DNA of 60,289 nucleotides, from positions 1-60,289 of the IMG/VR virus record IMGVR_UViG_3300031578_000002, one strand, 5' to 3'. The notes beneath the pieces are model-generated. The model worked only from the letters and a program-made list of their open reading frames with translations. It did no database searches and had not been told where the DNA came from. Position 1 is the first letter of the stretch. Each line of letters starts with the position of its first letter. This document shows positions 26,874-38,066 of this stretch, one piece after another. A program made the translations under genes and the position numbers. This DNA is from a virus.

Positions 26874-28376
26874 TTATTCAATTATTAAGTTACTATTTAA
26901 ATGTGCAATTAATCCGTAATCATAATTCCATATAAAAGCATCAGCGGCTTTAATTTGCCCAACAAACCCTTTTTTATGGTGCCATTCCTCAGTTCCAGTT
27001 AAACTTGAGAGATACCTGATAGTAACACCTAAGTCTTCATTCAGTTCTCTTGATTTATTTAATTCATATTTCATATTACGTTTACGGTGTATGTGGCCTA
27101 AATGCCATTCATGAAATTTGGTTTCACTCCACATTGGTTTTGATTCGATATCAGTTGCCATAATCATTGGTAATGAACTTTCCTTTTCTTCACTACCATG
27201 TGTTAAACCTAACAATAAATTACCAAAACGATAATACTTTCTAGGTGAAGCACCACAATTAATATTTACGGTCGGATCATTGTTGAACCACGCCTCAAGA
27301 TATTTCCCCATATAATGACTACGCTCAAGATCATGATTTCCCGGTATAACCACAACATCAATTGGAACGCCCGTTTGTTTTAATATATTAATTCCATCGA
27401 CAAGTAATCTCACACCAACGTTAAATGTTTTTTGCCAACGCAAATCTTCATCTTGCTGAGTACCTTTCGTTGTTGTATTAAATATTGTGTCACTATTAAA
27501 GAAATCATTTCCGATTGGGAATAAAATTCTGGAAAATTCAAATCTGCTTGCTCTATATAATAAATTCCTAATTGTAATTAAGAATCTTTCACGAGCAATT
27601 TTTGTGTCATAATTTTCAAATGTTTCACCACCCCAAGCAAGCTTACCGATATGTAAATCAAATATTGATATTTCTAATAAATTATTCTCAGTTGTTTTTT
27701 TAGGATATTCAGGTGTCCAGTCAAATACTGGTGGCTGATAACTTTTTGCCATTTTTTTGAATATTTTCTCAATATCTAATGCATCAGCCAATTTAACATC
27801 TCTTTCTAAACGTGCCTTAACTTGCCAATTTTGAATTGTTTCAGGATTTGCATTTTTCCAGCTAGTCACATCCCATTTATTAATTGTATGTTCTTTTACT
27901 TTCCAAATATTTAAATCAACATTAGTTGCTTTCAGTAATTCATCTAATGTTTTAACATGGTCTATTGGGTAGTTACTATTACTTTTCCATTCAATATTTG
28001 CATTATTTTTATCATATTTCGTGGTGATTTTCCCATCAGAACGTTTTTCAGTAACTTCATTATTAATGCTAAATAATGTCTCACCACTTTTATTCTTTAT
28101 AATGAATATTTGCTTATCGTCATCAGTTATTTTATTTTTTGATTCTGATGTATCATTAAATAATGCATTTTTATACTGAGTATATGCGTTTTCGAACAAT
28201 GAAAACAAATCATCATCAAGCGTTCCGTTTTCATAATATTCATAAACTAACGCTTTTATATTTTTCACATATGTATCTGAATAACCACATTTAACTGACG
28301 CTTCTTTAACAGAAATTTGATTTTTCATTGCATATTGAATAACCTCGACGGCTTTCTCAATTCTTTCTTTCTTCAT
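26874..28376 (-). CDS. calcineurin-like metallophosphoesterase with N-terminal HTH-like region
   Basis: DLHIG, GNDFFN, PGNHD, THG, GHIH; host-type promoter at 28409-28440. Confidence 0.85.
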   Translation of the reverse strand: MKKERIEKAVEVIQYAMKNQISVKEASVKCGYSDTYVKNIKALVYEYYENGTLDDDLFSLFENAYTQYKNALFNDTSESKNKITDDDKQIFIIKNKSGETLFSINNEVTEKRSDGKITTKYDKNNANIEWKSNSNYPIDHVKTLDELLKATNVDLNIWKVKEHTINKWDVTSWKNANPETIQNWQVKARLERDVKLADALDIEKIFKKMAKSYQPPVFDWTPEYPKKTTENNLLEISIFDLHIGKLAWGGETFENYDTKIARERFLITIRNLLYRASRFEFSRILFPIGNDFFNSDTIFNTTTKGTQQDEDLRWQKTFNVGVRLLVDGINILKQTGVPIDVVVIPGNHDLERSHYMGKYLEAWFNNDPTVNINCGASPRKYYRFGNLLLGLTHGSEEKESSLPMIMATDIESKPMWSETKFHEWHLGHIHRKRNMKYELNKSRELNEDLGVTIRYLSSLTGTEEWHHKKGFVGQIKAADAFIWNYDYGLIAHLNSNLIIE

Positions 28377-28443
28377 ATTAAAAATATTTGAATTATATTA
28401 ATTTTTGTCAAATTTATACTAAATAATATTAATTTACAAGGTT

Positions 28444-28755
28444 TTATATAAAAACATTATTATTTTCAACTAAAACTTTAATATTTTTTTCAATTTTTTC
28501 ACAATCATCTTTAAATGTAACTTCATTTTCAAGTGAAAGCTTAAACCATTCGCCCTCCATACGATAATGCGAATATCTCATGTGTAGTGCCTTTTCAATT
28601 TTACTCGCAAACTCTGATTCATAGGTTTCAATTAATTTTAATTCAGATGAATTACCAGTATTTAATTCTTTTATCCTCTTATTTGGATGTTTTGATATTC
28701 CAATCTTATAGTAGCTATTTTCTAATGAATGTATTAGATACACATATTTCATCAT
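28444..28755 (-). CDS. GIY-YIG nuclease (T5orf172-like)
   Basis: YVYLI...YKIGIS..P..R...L.TGN, E..LH......GEWF. Confidence 0.85.
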   Translation of the reverse strand: MMKYVYLIHSLENSYYKIGISKHPNKRIKELNTGNSSELKLIETYESEFASKIEKALHMRYSHYRMEGEWFKLSLENEVTFKDDCEKIEKNIKVLVENNNVFI

Positions 28756-29394
28756 TTATTTTGAGTATTTTTCCAATAGCTTTAATTTAATCATTCCACT
28801 ATAACCACAAGCATATGCGTCTGACATATCAAAATTAATATTACTTGGTTGGTTTTTCTTATTATAAAACCATTCGATTTGTGGTTCTAATTCACATACT
28901 TTTCTCCAAATATACAACTTTTTTTCATCACGAAATTCAACTGGAAATGAAAGTGTTTCAACAATTTCAATTTCACCAGTTTTTCTATTTTTTCTTTTTG
29001 TTGTATTAATCAATTCAGGTAAGAATAATTTACGTGATTCATGAACGCTTATTTTTACTGGATAAACTTCAAATACTCTATATAATATATACCGACATAT
29101 CCCATTAAATCCGAACAATAATGATACGGTATTAGAATTATTACTTCCACCCAATGGTTCTTCAACAATAATTTCAACAATTTCCCCATTTAATTCATTT
29201 AAAATTCGTTCTTTATAATCAAGAACATATTTTCTAAAAATTTCTGCTTTATGAATATCCCTATCTTCAATAGGAACGTTCTTATCTGTTTTTAACTCAA
29301 GATGTTTAAGTTCAATGAGTTTACCATTATCATCCCATAATGCAGTACCAATGTTTGTTGTGCTTATATCTAATGACCAAAAATATTTTTCCAT
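28756..29394 (-). CDS. RuvC-like Holliday junction resolvase
   Basis: LDISTTNIG, IVEEP, DMSDA. Confidence 0.75.
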   Translation of the reverse strand: MEKYFWSLDISTTNIGTALWDDNGKLIELKHLELKTDKNVPIEDRDIHKAEIFRKYVLDYKERILNELNGEIVEIIVEEPLGGSNNSNTVSLLFGFNGICRYILYRVFEVYPVKISVHESRKLFLPELINTTKRKNRKTGEIEIVETLSFPVEFRDEKKLYIWRKVCELEPQIEWFYNKKNQPSNINFDMSDAYACGYSGMIKLKLLEKYSK

Positions 29395-29412
29395 GATAAT
29401 TAATTTATAAAG

Positions 29413-29610
29413 TTATACGTTATTTTCGTGAGATTCTTTATTTTCATCAATTAATTTCTGAATATTTTTAGGGTTTTTTAAATATAATTTAATTAAATCT
29501 TCAATAACACCACCAATCTTCATACTTTTTCCTTTGCATAATAATTTAAATTTATTATGTACATTACCATCAATTATAATTGATTTCGGCTTCATTTCAA
29601 TATCTTTCAT
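29413..29610 (-). CDS. ribbon-helix-helix DNA-binding protein
   Basis: KSIIID..VH..FK..C...MKI..VIEDLI. Confidence 0.7.
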   Translation of the reverse strand: MKDIEMKPKSIIIDGNVHNKFKLLCKGKSMKIGGVIEDLIKLYLKNPKNIQKLIDENKESHENNV

Positions 29611-29688
29611 ATTTATTATGTATAATTATTATTATAATTTTATAATAAATACTAAAAAAAAATAAAAAAATATAATTTTTTATGGTTT

Positions 29689-30402
29689 CTAAAAATCTAA
29701 CTCGAACAATATTGTTCTAGAAATTGTTGCATCTTTTGGAACGGGATTATTTAATTTCCCAATAGCAACTAAGTTTTTATTACTATCATACAACCCTATT
29801 TCACTGATAAATACCGTAGAACTACCATCCCACGTCATATTAGTACTTGAATTAAATTCATCTAATGTTAAATTTATTGAATAATCAAGGGTATATACAT
29901 CAGCTTTAATTGACGTTGTTACGTTACCAAAGAAATATTCTTCATCTCCAAAGCATAATTGATCTGTCTGTGTTGATGATGGATATGATAGATAGTCTAA
30001 TTTATATTCGTCATAACTATCATAACTATTTAATGGCATTTTAAATACAACACTATTTAATTGAGTTGGAGTTAAGAATCCTGAGCCAGTATAACCAGCA
30101 ATTTGATCGGTAACATCTAAATATTTCCAACTAGTTGAATCAGGCTTTGTTGTCACCCCAGAAATATTTTGAACAACTTGTGCAATGATATATATTCTAT
30201 GAACCGAATATCCAGTACTATCCATTCCATCACTTAAAAATTTAAAATCATTAACATCTTTAAAATTAACTCTAATTTCTTGCATTGAAATGTCATCAAC
30301 AACTAATTGTAAATTATTAATGTAATTACAATGAATTGCTCGATTATAAGTACTTCCTGTTGGGACTAATGCATATGTTGTATAAACCGTATAACTATTC
30401 AT
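29689..30402 (-). CDS. tail/baseplate structural protein (tail-collar-like C-terminus)
   Basis: VFISEIGLYD....LVAIGKL..PV.K. Confidence 0.65.
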   Translation of the reverse strand: MNSYTVYTTYALVPTGSTYNRAIHCNYINNLQLVVDDISMQEIRVNFKDVNDFKFLSDGMDSTGYSVHRIYIIAQVVQNISGVTTKPDSTSWKYLDVTDQIAGYTGSGFLTPTQLNSVVFKMPLNSYDSYDEYKLDYLSYPSSTQTDQLCFGDEEYFFGNVTTSIKADVYTLDYSINLTLDEFNSSTNMTWDGSSTVFISEIGLYDSNKNLVAIGKLNNPVPKDATISRTILFELDF

Positions 30403-30412
30403 TTTATTTTTT

Positions 30413-31717
30413 TTAGCTACCTATCGTATAATTTGGGAGTGTCCAAGACCTATTTGATTTATATGACATCGCAAATAATAATTCTTGATCTTCAATTACA
30501 AATATTTTTAAATCATTAAACACTTTACCAACAATATTACCATTCATATCACATAAATCATAATATGTTGTATTAAGTGATTTAGTATTACCTGTTAATA
30601 TCTTTGAGCTACCACTAGCGATTAATGTAACACCTAATTCCTTATTAGTAGACTTATGCCACATAATTGTTGGAATTTCTAATTTTGATGTGTCTAATAA
30701 AAATCCCTCAGCATATACATTTGCTGGAGATGAATTGGTGTAATGTATAACACCTAATTTTTTATATGTAGGTGCTTGATTTTGAATATATGAGACAAAT
30801 CCACCAAGTGCTTTATTTTTAAATTGTGTATATTTTACTTTGCCAAGTTCTACACCAGCAATTTCTTCTGTATATATTATTGACATATTCCAAAATGGAA
30901 ATATTATTGTTGGAGACTGACTATTTTGTAAAAAGGTTATTACACTATTGTCGAGATATTCTGTCGGTGTCATATTCATAGCAGTATCACCACTATAATT
31001 AATTTGATTATAATAAATTATTGCACCGGCATATACTGTACTAGAAATTCCCATTCCGCTAAAATCAGGTAACTCTCTGTCTACACTTACATTTACACTT
31101 CCAGTTGATAACTTATCACTACCATTGATCGCAGTAATCTTATAAAATAAATTAGGTGTTGAATATGCTTTATTAACACTATATCCAGTGGTACTATCAC
31201 CATGTGTCCATCTAATTAAAATTAAATCACCAATAGCTGGTTCTTCGCCACTTGTACCGTATAATGGTGATTTAAGTAAATTCAATGTTAATCCACCAGC
31301 AATATTACTAACCTGTATCATTACATCGGGTTGCTTGACATGATTACTATCAACAGTAAATGTTGTTCCACTATTACTAAAAAAACCTAATGAATTTACT
31401 GAATTTTCAACAGTATAACTAGTATTAGGTACCGATGTAATTTCATTAAAAGGATTTCCTGATAGTGATAATGTTCGTGGTATGTATGATATAATTTCAG
31501 GATTTTTATCTACTGGTTTTAATATTTCGGAATTAAATGTTGTATATCCGGTCACATCAGGATTTGCCTGAATTTCGCTATTAAAATTATAATCAATTTC
31601 ACTATCACCAATAGCAAAATAATTAAAAGTTAATTCACCTTTAGATAATAATTCTCTACCTTTTGATGTTAATTTTATATTTAAAACTATTGGGTCCTTT
31701 TTTTCAATAAATGCCAT
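30413..31717 (-). CDS. virion structural protein
   Basis: LTSKGRELL..G...F.YFAIGDSEIDY N-terminus; late motif at 31733-31741. Confidence 0.65.
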   Translation of the reverse strand: MAFIEKKDPIVLNIKLTSKGRELLSKGELTFNYFAIGDSEIDYNFNSEIQANPDVTGYTTFNSEILKPVDKNPEIISYIPRTLSLSGNPFNEITSVPNTSYTVENSVNSLGFFSNSGTTFTVDSNHVKQPDVMIQVSNIAGGLTLNLLKSPLYGTSGEEPAIGDLILIRWTHGDSTTGYSVNKAYSTPNLFYKITAINGSDKLSTGSVNVSVDRELPDFSGMGISSTVYAGAIIYYNQINYSGDTAMNMTPTEYLDNSVITFLQNSQSPTIIFPFWNMSIIYTEEIAGVELGKVKYTQFKNKALGGFVSYIQNQAPTYKKLGVIHYTNSSPANVYAEGFLLDTSKLEIPTIMWHKSTNKELGVTLIASGSSKILTGNTKSLNTTYYDLCDMNGNIVGKVFNDLKIFVIEDQELLFAMSYKSNRSWTLPNYTIGS

Positions 31718-31759
31718 TTAAATATTCTTTACAATAAATACAAATAAATAAATTTATTT

Positions 31760-32281
31760 TTAACTCGTAGTAACTTTTGTTTCAATCGTACCATATCCAA
31801 CACCATGAGCATTTCTTGCAAATGCTCGATAAAAGGTGTTAGTTGAAGATGTTAATCCGCTAATAGTATTATTATAATTATATGGAAGTACTGGAACACT
31901 TGAACATATTGATACCTTGTTCATATGTGTTGGGTAATTTTCATATATTAAGTTAGTATTGGTTCCATATGCAGAAAACTGTGTATATAGTATACCATAT
32001 TCAATAATTTCTGTGTTACCATCATTATTTATGGTGTTATTTGGCACATAAACTGTTGATGCTGTTGCAAATTGTGCGTTACCAGTAATTAAAATCGGAT
32101 TTGAAAGCTCAATTGCTGCCGTCTGTCCTGTAAGTACATTACCGTAATATTCAACACCATCAACAATAAAATATGATCTATATCGATACTTTGCACTTGG
32201 AACTAAATCTGTTATAGTAAAATCGTATGAGTCATTTGTTAATGGTCCAATATTTAAAAAATTTGTTGTTGTCCAAGCCAT
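31760..32281 (-). CDS. FN3-domain structural protein
   Basis: ITDL.P...Y.YR.Y......YG and EYGILY...ISGL...T..FYRAFARN..G.GYG. Confidence 0.7.
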   Translation of the reverse strand: MAWTTTNFLNIGPLTNDSYDFTITDLVPSAKYRYRSYFIVDGVEYYGNVLTGQTAAIELSNPILITGNAQFATASTVYVPNNTINNDGNTEIIEYGILYTQFSAYGTNTNLIYENYPTHMNKVSICSSVPVLPYNYNNTISGLTSSTNTFYRAFARNAHGVGYGTIETKVTTS

Positions 32282-32309
32282 ATTAATTAATTATTAATTA
32301 TCTTCATTA

Positions 32310-35300
32310 TTATATCTCACTATAAATACTATGAGGTGTCCCAACAGCATAACTTCCAACAATATTTGTTATACTTGAGAGTGTTGCTGTAGCCATAGCC
32401 GATACTGCTGATGGATCAATACTATAAGCACAAGTATATAATTGTAATACATCACCATGATTAACTCTTATTGTTCCAAAACTTCCAGATTTAGTTACAG
32501 CTAACTTAGATGAGGCAATTCTTTGTGACCAACCAGAAATTGGTAAATCATTACACATAACATAAACGCAACCAATAGCAATTACTGGTAAATCTGTTTT
32601 GCCTTTACATAAATTATACGATATTTCGGCATAATACGAGTCACCAACTTGTGGTTGTGTAATTGTACCGGATTCAAACATATCAGTACTTGTTGTTGTA
32701 CATGATATAATACTTGTAATAACATTAGTTATTGGTGGAATACCACTTACTTGTGATAATGTAACATACTTAGGACTTCCAACAGTTGGTGTATATTTCA
32801 CGCAACCACTTCTTGCAGCACCAGTATTTTGTCCAATACTAATTGTTTGTACAATACCCGAAGGTGTTGGTGGATTTGGCGTTGCTGGTGTTAACCATGC
32901 AGTACTTGCAGAAGCTGTATAATAATTTGTTGTTTCACCGATAATTGTTACATTACAAGATGTTGCATTACTAGAAATACTACTAATTGTTTGTGGTGTT
33001 ACGTTAAATTCAGCAAGACTTCCAATGCATTCATATTGCATACCATACCAATTAATATCTTGATAACATTGAATTGCATAACCGCCCGTTCCAACCAATG
33101 TACTTGTTGTACTAGAAGTATTTTGTTTCGTTTTACCTGATGGTAATAATACCGGAGCTTCCGTTGGTATTGTTAAGCTCAATGTACATCCTGATGCAGA
33201 TAATAATGGTGTGCATACTACAGCAGCATATTGATATGTAGCTCCTTGTGTTAAGTTATTTATAGTAATTCTATATGTATTAGCGCATAAACCAATTGTT
33301 GTTAACGACTCCCATGTAGTATCAACGTCCTTTTTATATTTAATGCCATATTCAGTTATATTTGTACTTCCCGAAATATTATAACCTCCGGTATTTTCAA
33401 TATATCCCATATCAACCCCATTCGTACCGGCAGTACCAATTTTTGTATCTACATGCAATACAAACGCTGGCGGTGTTAATGTTTGTGTTATTTGAAATGT
33501 ACTACCATCGTCCCCCAAATATTGCAGCATTTCATTACCTCTTACATCTGTTGTTATTCCAGCATATAAATTTACACCCCTTTTATACGTAAATTTTTGT
33601 TTTGTGAACATACTATTACGAATCAATAATCCGCCCTTTTTAATTATAATTGTTGCAGATAACATCTGATCAATAAACCTTTGAAAAAATGCATTGTATT
33701 TACTTAAAAAGGGATATAGATTCTCAAACGTATAACCATTCGACTTTAATGTATCATTTACCGGTAATGTGCTTCTATTATAATACATTTCATATATTCT
33801 TAGGATGGTAGGATACCAACCGCCCTTAAAGTCAGTAATCGTTTTTCTATTTCTGGCGTTTATCATTTTTCTTTGAACCAACTCAAGAAATTCCAAAAAT
33901 GATAATTGACTGATATCACCAATTCCAAAAACATCTGAAACCACTGGGGTAAATGCGGCATTTCCGCCAACGAGGTAATAAACACTAATAACATTACCAT
34001 ATCTTAGTCCCTTGGGTAAGAAAATCTCATAAGGATTCATTGTATTAATGCTATAGTCTTTATATGGTTCCAATGCAATACCATCAATTAATAATTTAAT
34101 TTCGCTTGCATCATTAGCCTTATAATTAAGTTTATATACATATTTATTTGCACTATTATTAAAATATATTTTACTGTTATTAAAACTATCGATTCTAATT
34201 ACTTCACTTCTTGCATTAATATCATCACTACCGTCAACTTGAACATAAGCAACCTGTACTTCGGGATTATCGACAAGAAATGCAATGACATCAGGATTTT
34301 GTAAAATAATTTGACTTGATCCTGTTGTATTATTTGGATCAACGATATAATCTGCGGTAAATTGTGGTGTTCCTTTAGTAAGTGCAATACCATTAATTGT
34401 AACCTGCACATCACCACGTGGCATTGTTGGTAATGGAATTATTGTCCCAGCTAAATTTACTTTAACTCTTGAAACAACATATTGCACACTAACACCAGTA
34501 ACCGGTCGAGTATTTCCTGAATATATAAATGTTGCTTGAATAACGTCTCTTCTATTACCTGAATTAATTGCGTAATTACCATTTAGTATTGTAAATGAGT
34601 TACCAGTTATGTCATAATCAGCATTTGTCGTAACACCTGATGTGGTACCTGTTTTAGGTGCATTTAATAAAATACCATTATAACGAACTTCTAAATCACC
34701 TTGTGTTTTATCATAAGGCGTCGGTAATTGAAATGTGTTTTGAGTTCCGGTATAACTTAATGAAATATTTACATATGAAAATGGTAGTGTATACCCGCTA
34801 TTATTCGCAGGAAAATCAATGTTCTTAATATAGTCAAATACATCATATTCGATTCCACGTGCAGTATCTAAAGCAATATCAACTGCTTTGGTGTTAAGTA
34901 CTAATCTACTATCCTCCTGATAATATCTTGGCGTCGTGCTATGAATTCTTGTTGTCGCACCAGTCTGTACCCATGATTTTTTATTATCAACGGTCTGCAT
35001 TAAATTAAATCCTGCCATTCTAAAGGCATCAAAATATCGTTCGCCACCATCGGTATCGCCAGAAATTTGAAAGTAAAATGTATTTGTTTCTAATGGTGCG
35101 ATAGGATACCCACTAGTATCATAAGGTAATGAGTTTGTTGGAAAATCTTGTTGTGCCACCTGTACAGTATTGGGGTTTATTTTTCCCTCTACTGTGTATA
35201 CATATTCGGTAATATTAATGAAAGGTTCGGGAATCCCAATTAATAAAAACATTGACTTTATTGTTTCACGAGTTCCTTTAGATTTCCAGAAGTAACTTGT

Positions 35301-36629
35301 ATTATTTAAAATTCTTCTCCAAAGTTCAACATCAATTTCAGCAGGAAGTAGATCAACATTTAAGCTTCTTTCAGTATCATCAATTGATAGAAAACTATTA
35401 ACCAATTCATTTTCATTAACCAATGAAAAATAATCCCAGCCAAACGTTTTTGATAAATTCTTTATTAATTGATCGGGTATGTTATTTAATTTATCATATG
35501 TGACCTTATTAATAAAAACTAATGAATCAACAAATTCTTTTATTTGATCGAACTCTTTACCATATATTCTTAAAAGTTTAGCTACCTTTCCGTCTTCGGT
35601 AAGATCATACGTTTTAAGTGACGATGGTGTTAAAAATCTAGCAATCAAATCTGTTTTAATTTTATCAAATTTTGCTCCAATTGTTAAAACAATTTGTAAA
35701 AACCTTTGATAAATTGGTGTGTCAATATCAATATTATATCCATCTCCTGTTGGCCAAACATTTATTGTGTTTGAATATATTATTGTGCCATTATCAAGTA
35801 AGGTTGGCGTTTTTAATGTAAATTTAAATCCATTTGCTTCATCCCTCTCAGAAACGATATATGCTTCATATGGATTTAATAGTGCTCGAAATTCTTCAAA
35901 TTTAACGTTATTTGGTTTAATGTGAAAGCTAACTGCGCCAGTAACACCTGTGGTAATCGGTGCAAACGGGTTTCCAATGGTTTGAATTTTTAACGTATTT
36001 CTGGCCAAATAATCACTGCTATTTACAGTATTGCCAGTAAACCCAATAATTGCATATGATGTATTAGATACACTTGTTGTTGAAATAACATACTCACCAT
36101 AGGAGTCATTTATGTTTTTTAATTCAACATCGTCAGGTATTGAAGTGTTTCCATTATTATAAACCAAACCAAATGTATTGGTAATAGCGATTATTGGGAC
36201 GTAAAATGTTGAAATATTTGTTATTGAATCATATGTCAAGCCTGAGTAAGTTAAACCCTTTTGTGAATCAACAAATAAACTTCCCGGATATGCTAAAATT
36301 ATATTTTGTATTGAAACTCTTAAAAATTCATATGCCGAGCCAAATTTTACAAAGGTGTTTAGATCGGATTTATCAAAATTTAAAACAGCATTTGTTGAGT
36401 AATTATCTAAAATTTGTGATTGTACATTAGAAACATTCATAGTATCTAATGTAACGGGACGGACAAAACTGCTTAAAGTATTAGTAAAATCAATTGTTTC
36501 TTTACCATCAAAATTAGATGTAACATAAAATGAACCAAATGAAAATATTGTTTTTGATGGAAAATCATCAAAATTTGTTCCATTTAAATTTTGATCAAGG
36601 TTTGGATTAATTACTTTAACTTTTGCCAC
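32310..36629 (-). CDS. large baseplate/tail protein with C-terminal FN3- and BACON-like domains
   Basis: WKSKGTRETIK P2-I-like motif; repeated beta modules (V.INGIAL...DY); GTG start with late motif at 36645-36653. Confidence 0.7.
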   Translation of the reverse strand: MAKVKVINPNLDQNLNGTNFDDFPSKTIFSFGSFYVTSNFDGKETIDFTNTLSSFVRPVTLDTMNVSNVQSQILDNYSTNAVLNFDKSDLNTFVKFGSAYEFLRVSIQNIILAYPGSLFVDSQKGLTYSGLTYDSITNISTFYVPIIAITNTFGLVYNNGNTSIPDDVELKNINDSYGEYVISTTSVSNTSYAIIGFTGNTVNSSDYLARNTLKIQTIGNPFAPITTGVTGAVSFHIKPNNVKFEEFRALLNPYEAYIVSERDEANGFKFTLKTPTLLDNGTIIYSNTINVWPTGDGYNIDIDTPIYQRFLQIVLTIGAKFDKIKTDLIARFLTPSSLKTYDLTEDGKVAKLLRIYGKEFDQIKEFVDSLVFINKVTYDKLNNIPDQLIKNLSKTFGWDYFSLVNENELVNSFLSIDDTERSLNVDLLPAEIDVELWRRILNNTSYFWKSKGTRETIKSMFLLIGIPEPFINITEYVYTVEGKINPNTVQVAQQDFPTNSLPYDTSGYPIAPLETNTFYFQISGDTDGGERYFDAFRMAGFNLMQTVDNKKSWVQTGATTRIHSTTPRYYQEDSRLVLNTKAVDIALDTARGIEYDVFDYIKNIDFPANNSGYTLPFSYVNISLSYTGTQNTFQLPTPYDKTQGDLEVRYNGILLNAPKTGTTSGVTTNADYDITGNSFTILNGNYAINSGNRRDVIQATFIYSGNTRPVTGVSVQYVVSRVKVNLAGTIIPLPTMPRGDVQVTINGIALTKGTPQFTADYIVDPNNTTGSSQIILQNPDVIAFLVDNPEVQVAYVQVDGSDDINARSEVIRIDSFNNSKIYFNNSANKYVYKLNYKANDASEIKLLIDGIALEPYKDYSINTMNPYEIFLPKGLRYGNVISVYYLVGGNAAFTPVVSDVFGIGDISQLSFLEFLELVQRKMINARNRKTITDFKGGWYPTILRIYEMYYNRSTLPVNDTLKSNGYTFENLYPFLSKYNAFFQRFIDQMLSATIIIKKGGLLIRNSMFTKQKFTYKRGVNLYAGITTDVRGNEMLQYLGDDGSTFQITQTLTPPAFVLHVDTKIGTAGTNGVDMGYIENTGGYNISGSTNITEYGIKYKKDVDTTWESLTTIGLCANTYRITINNLTQGATYQYAAVVCTPLLSASGCTLSLTIPTEAPVLLPSGKTKQNTSSTTSTLVGTGGYAIQCYQDINWYGMQYECIGSLAEFNVTPQTISSISSNATSCNVTIIGETTNYYTASASTAWLTPATPNPPTPSGIVQTISIGQNTGAARSGCVKYTPTVGSPKYVTLSQVSGIPPITNVITSIISCTTTSTDMFESGTITQPQVGDSYYAEISYNLCKGKTDLPVIAIGCVYVMCNDLPISGWSQRIASSKLAVTKSGSFGTIRVNHGDVLQLYTCAYSIDPSAVSAMATATLSSITNIVGSYAVGTPHSIYSEI

Positions 36630-36702
36630 AATTTTTTATTTTATTATAAATACAATAAAAAAAAATCCCAATCTTATTTATTGGAGTCTTTTTACAGCCA
36701 AT

Positions 36703-37605
36703 TTAAATTCCGCTAATAACACTATCAAAATTTTGTGTTGTATCTATATTTGTTCTTCTTTCCTTGACCTCACTTAATGGCACGTTTCCTACATCGTCTT
36801 TTATTTCAAAAATATTAAACTGTCTTGTTATTACCCTATTATTATCATAATACGTTAAAATACCATTATTAACATCTTTAACTTGTTCACCGCCAACCAA
36901 ATCAGATAATGTATCGATAGTGTTTTGTACAAGGCTAACCTCAATAACTACAGGAGTAAAAAATGTGTTCGATATAATTATTGTTTGGTTTGAAATGCCA
37001 ATAAATGGTGAAACGTTTGGTTTAACATCTGACGAACTACTTGGTGTTAATTGTAAGAATAATAATGTACCAGTATCATCAAATTTATATCTTATAGCTT
37101 TTTGCGATGTATTTCCAATATTCTCACTAACAGGTACGACCTTATTTGATGTTACAACATAACGAACAACATTTCTTATTTTATTATTTGTAGTCATGTC
37201 AACATATTCAATTCTATATCCCTGAAGTGCGTTATTTGCTCTTAATCCCTCACTTAACATGTTACTATCAATAACAATTCCTTTAACGTTTGGTAATGAT
37301 GATAATACACTACAATCATTAATTATTGTTACAATTCTTTTGGGTTTAATATATATTGTATATATTCCCAATTGATTAAATACTGTAGCTGGTAATCTTA
37401 AGTTATATAAGCCCTCAAGTAGATTTTCATTCCCAACAATTTGTTCGTCAGTTGGTAAATAATTATATGTTATTAATTGTGTAGCATCTAGTGAATAAAT
37501 GGTATCAGATATTACTTCCCTATTTGAGGTAAAATTATAATAAATGTCAATATCATCAACACTTACATCAGATGGTCGAATCGATCCAAAAACTCCAACA
37601 CCCAT
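36703..37605 (-). CDS. putative structural protein
   Basis: In the baseplate cluster; beta-rich. Confidence 0.6.
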   Translation of the reverse strand: MGVGVFGSIRPSDVSVDDIDIYYNFTSNREVISDTIYSLDATQLITYNYLPTDEQIVGNENLLEGLYNLRLPATVFNQLGIYTIYIKPKRIVTIINDCSVLSSLPNVKGIVIDSNMLSEGLRANNALQGYRIEYVDMTTNNKIRNVVRYVVTSNKVVPVSENIGNTSQKAIRYKFDDTGTLLFLQLTPSSSSDVKPNVSPFIGISNQTIIISNTFFTPVVIEVSLVQNTIDTLSDLVGGEQVKDVNNGILTYYDNNRVITRQFNIFEIKDDVGNVPLSEVKERRTNIDTTQNFDSVISGI

Positions 37606-37637
37606 ATTAATACATTTTAAAGTTTTTCATATTATTC

Positions 37638-38066
37638 CTAAACATTTTTTATGACGTTAAAATATTTTCCTCCAACATACGTATTTAAATCAACAAAGCT
37701 TTTAACAAATTCTAGCTTGTAATTTAAGTCAAATGCTGTTAATATTTGTCTGTCTATAAATACATCATCATTAATTTTTGTATTGCTAACAACGTTTTCC
37801 TTATTTGGGTCTTTATAAATAAAGTTATTTGTCATTTCAGTATCTTGTTGCTCGTATTGAAATATTGTTAATGACTCAATTACATTATCAATGTATTTAA
37901 TACCACCAATATAATAGGTGATTGTTATGCCAGATATTGACGTATCAAAATCAACACCGTCCGTTGTAAATGACCCATTTCCAAAATATTGCTCACTAAA
38001 AACATTGGTGATTTTATATTTTTTTAATTCGTTTAGTCTACTATTTTCAGTCGTTCCTGTTATCAT
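37638..38066 (-). CDS. putative structural protein
   Basis: In the baseplate cluster. Confidence 0.6.
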   Translation of the reverse strand: MITGTTENSRLNELKKYKITNVFSEQYFGNGSFTTDGVDFDTSISGITITYYIGGIKYIDNVIESLTIFQYEQQDTEMTNNFIYKDPNKENVVSNTKINDDVFIDRQILTAFDLNYKLEFVKSFVDLNTYVGGKYFNVIKNV

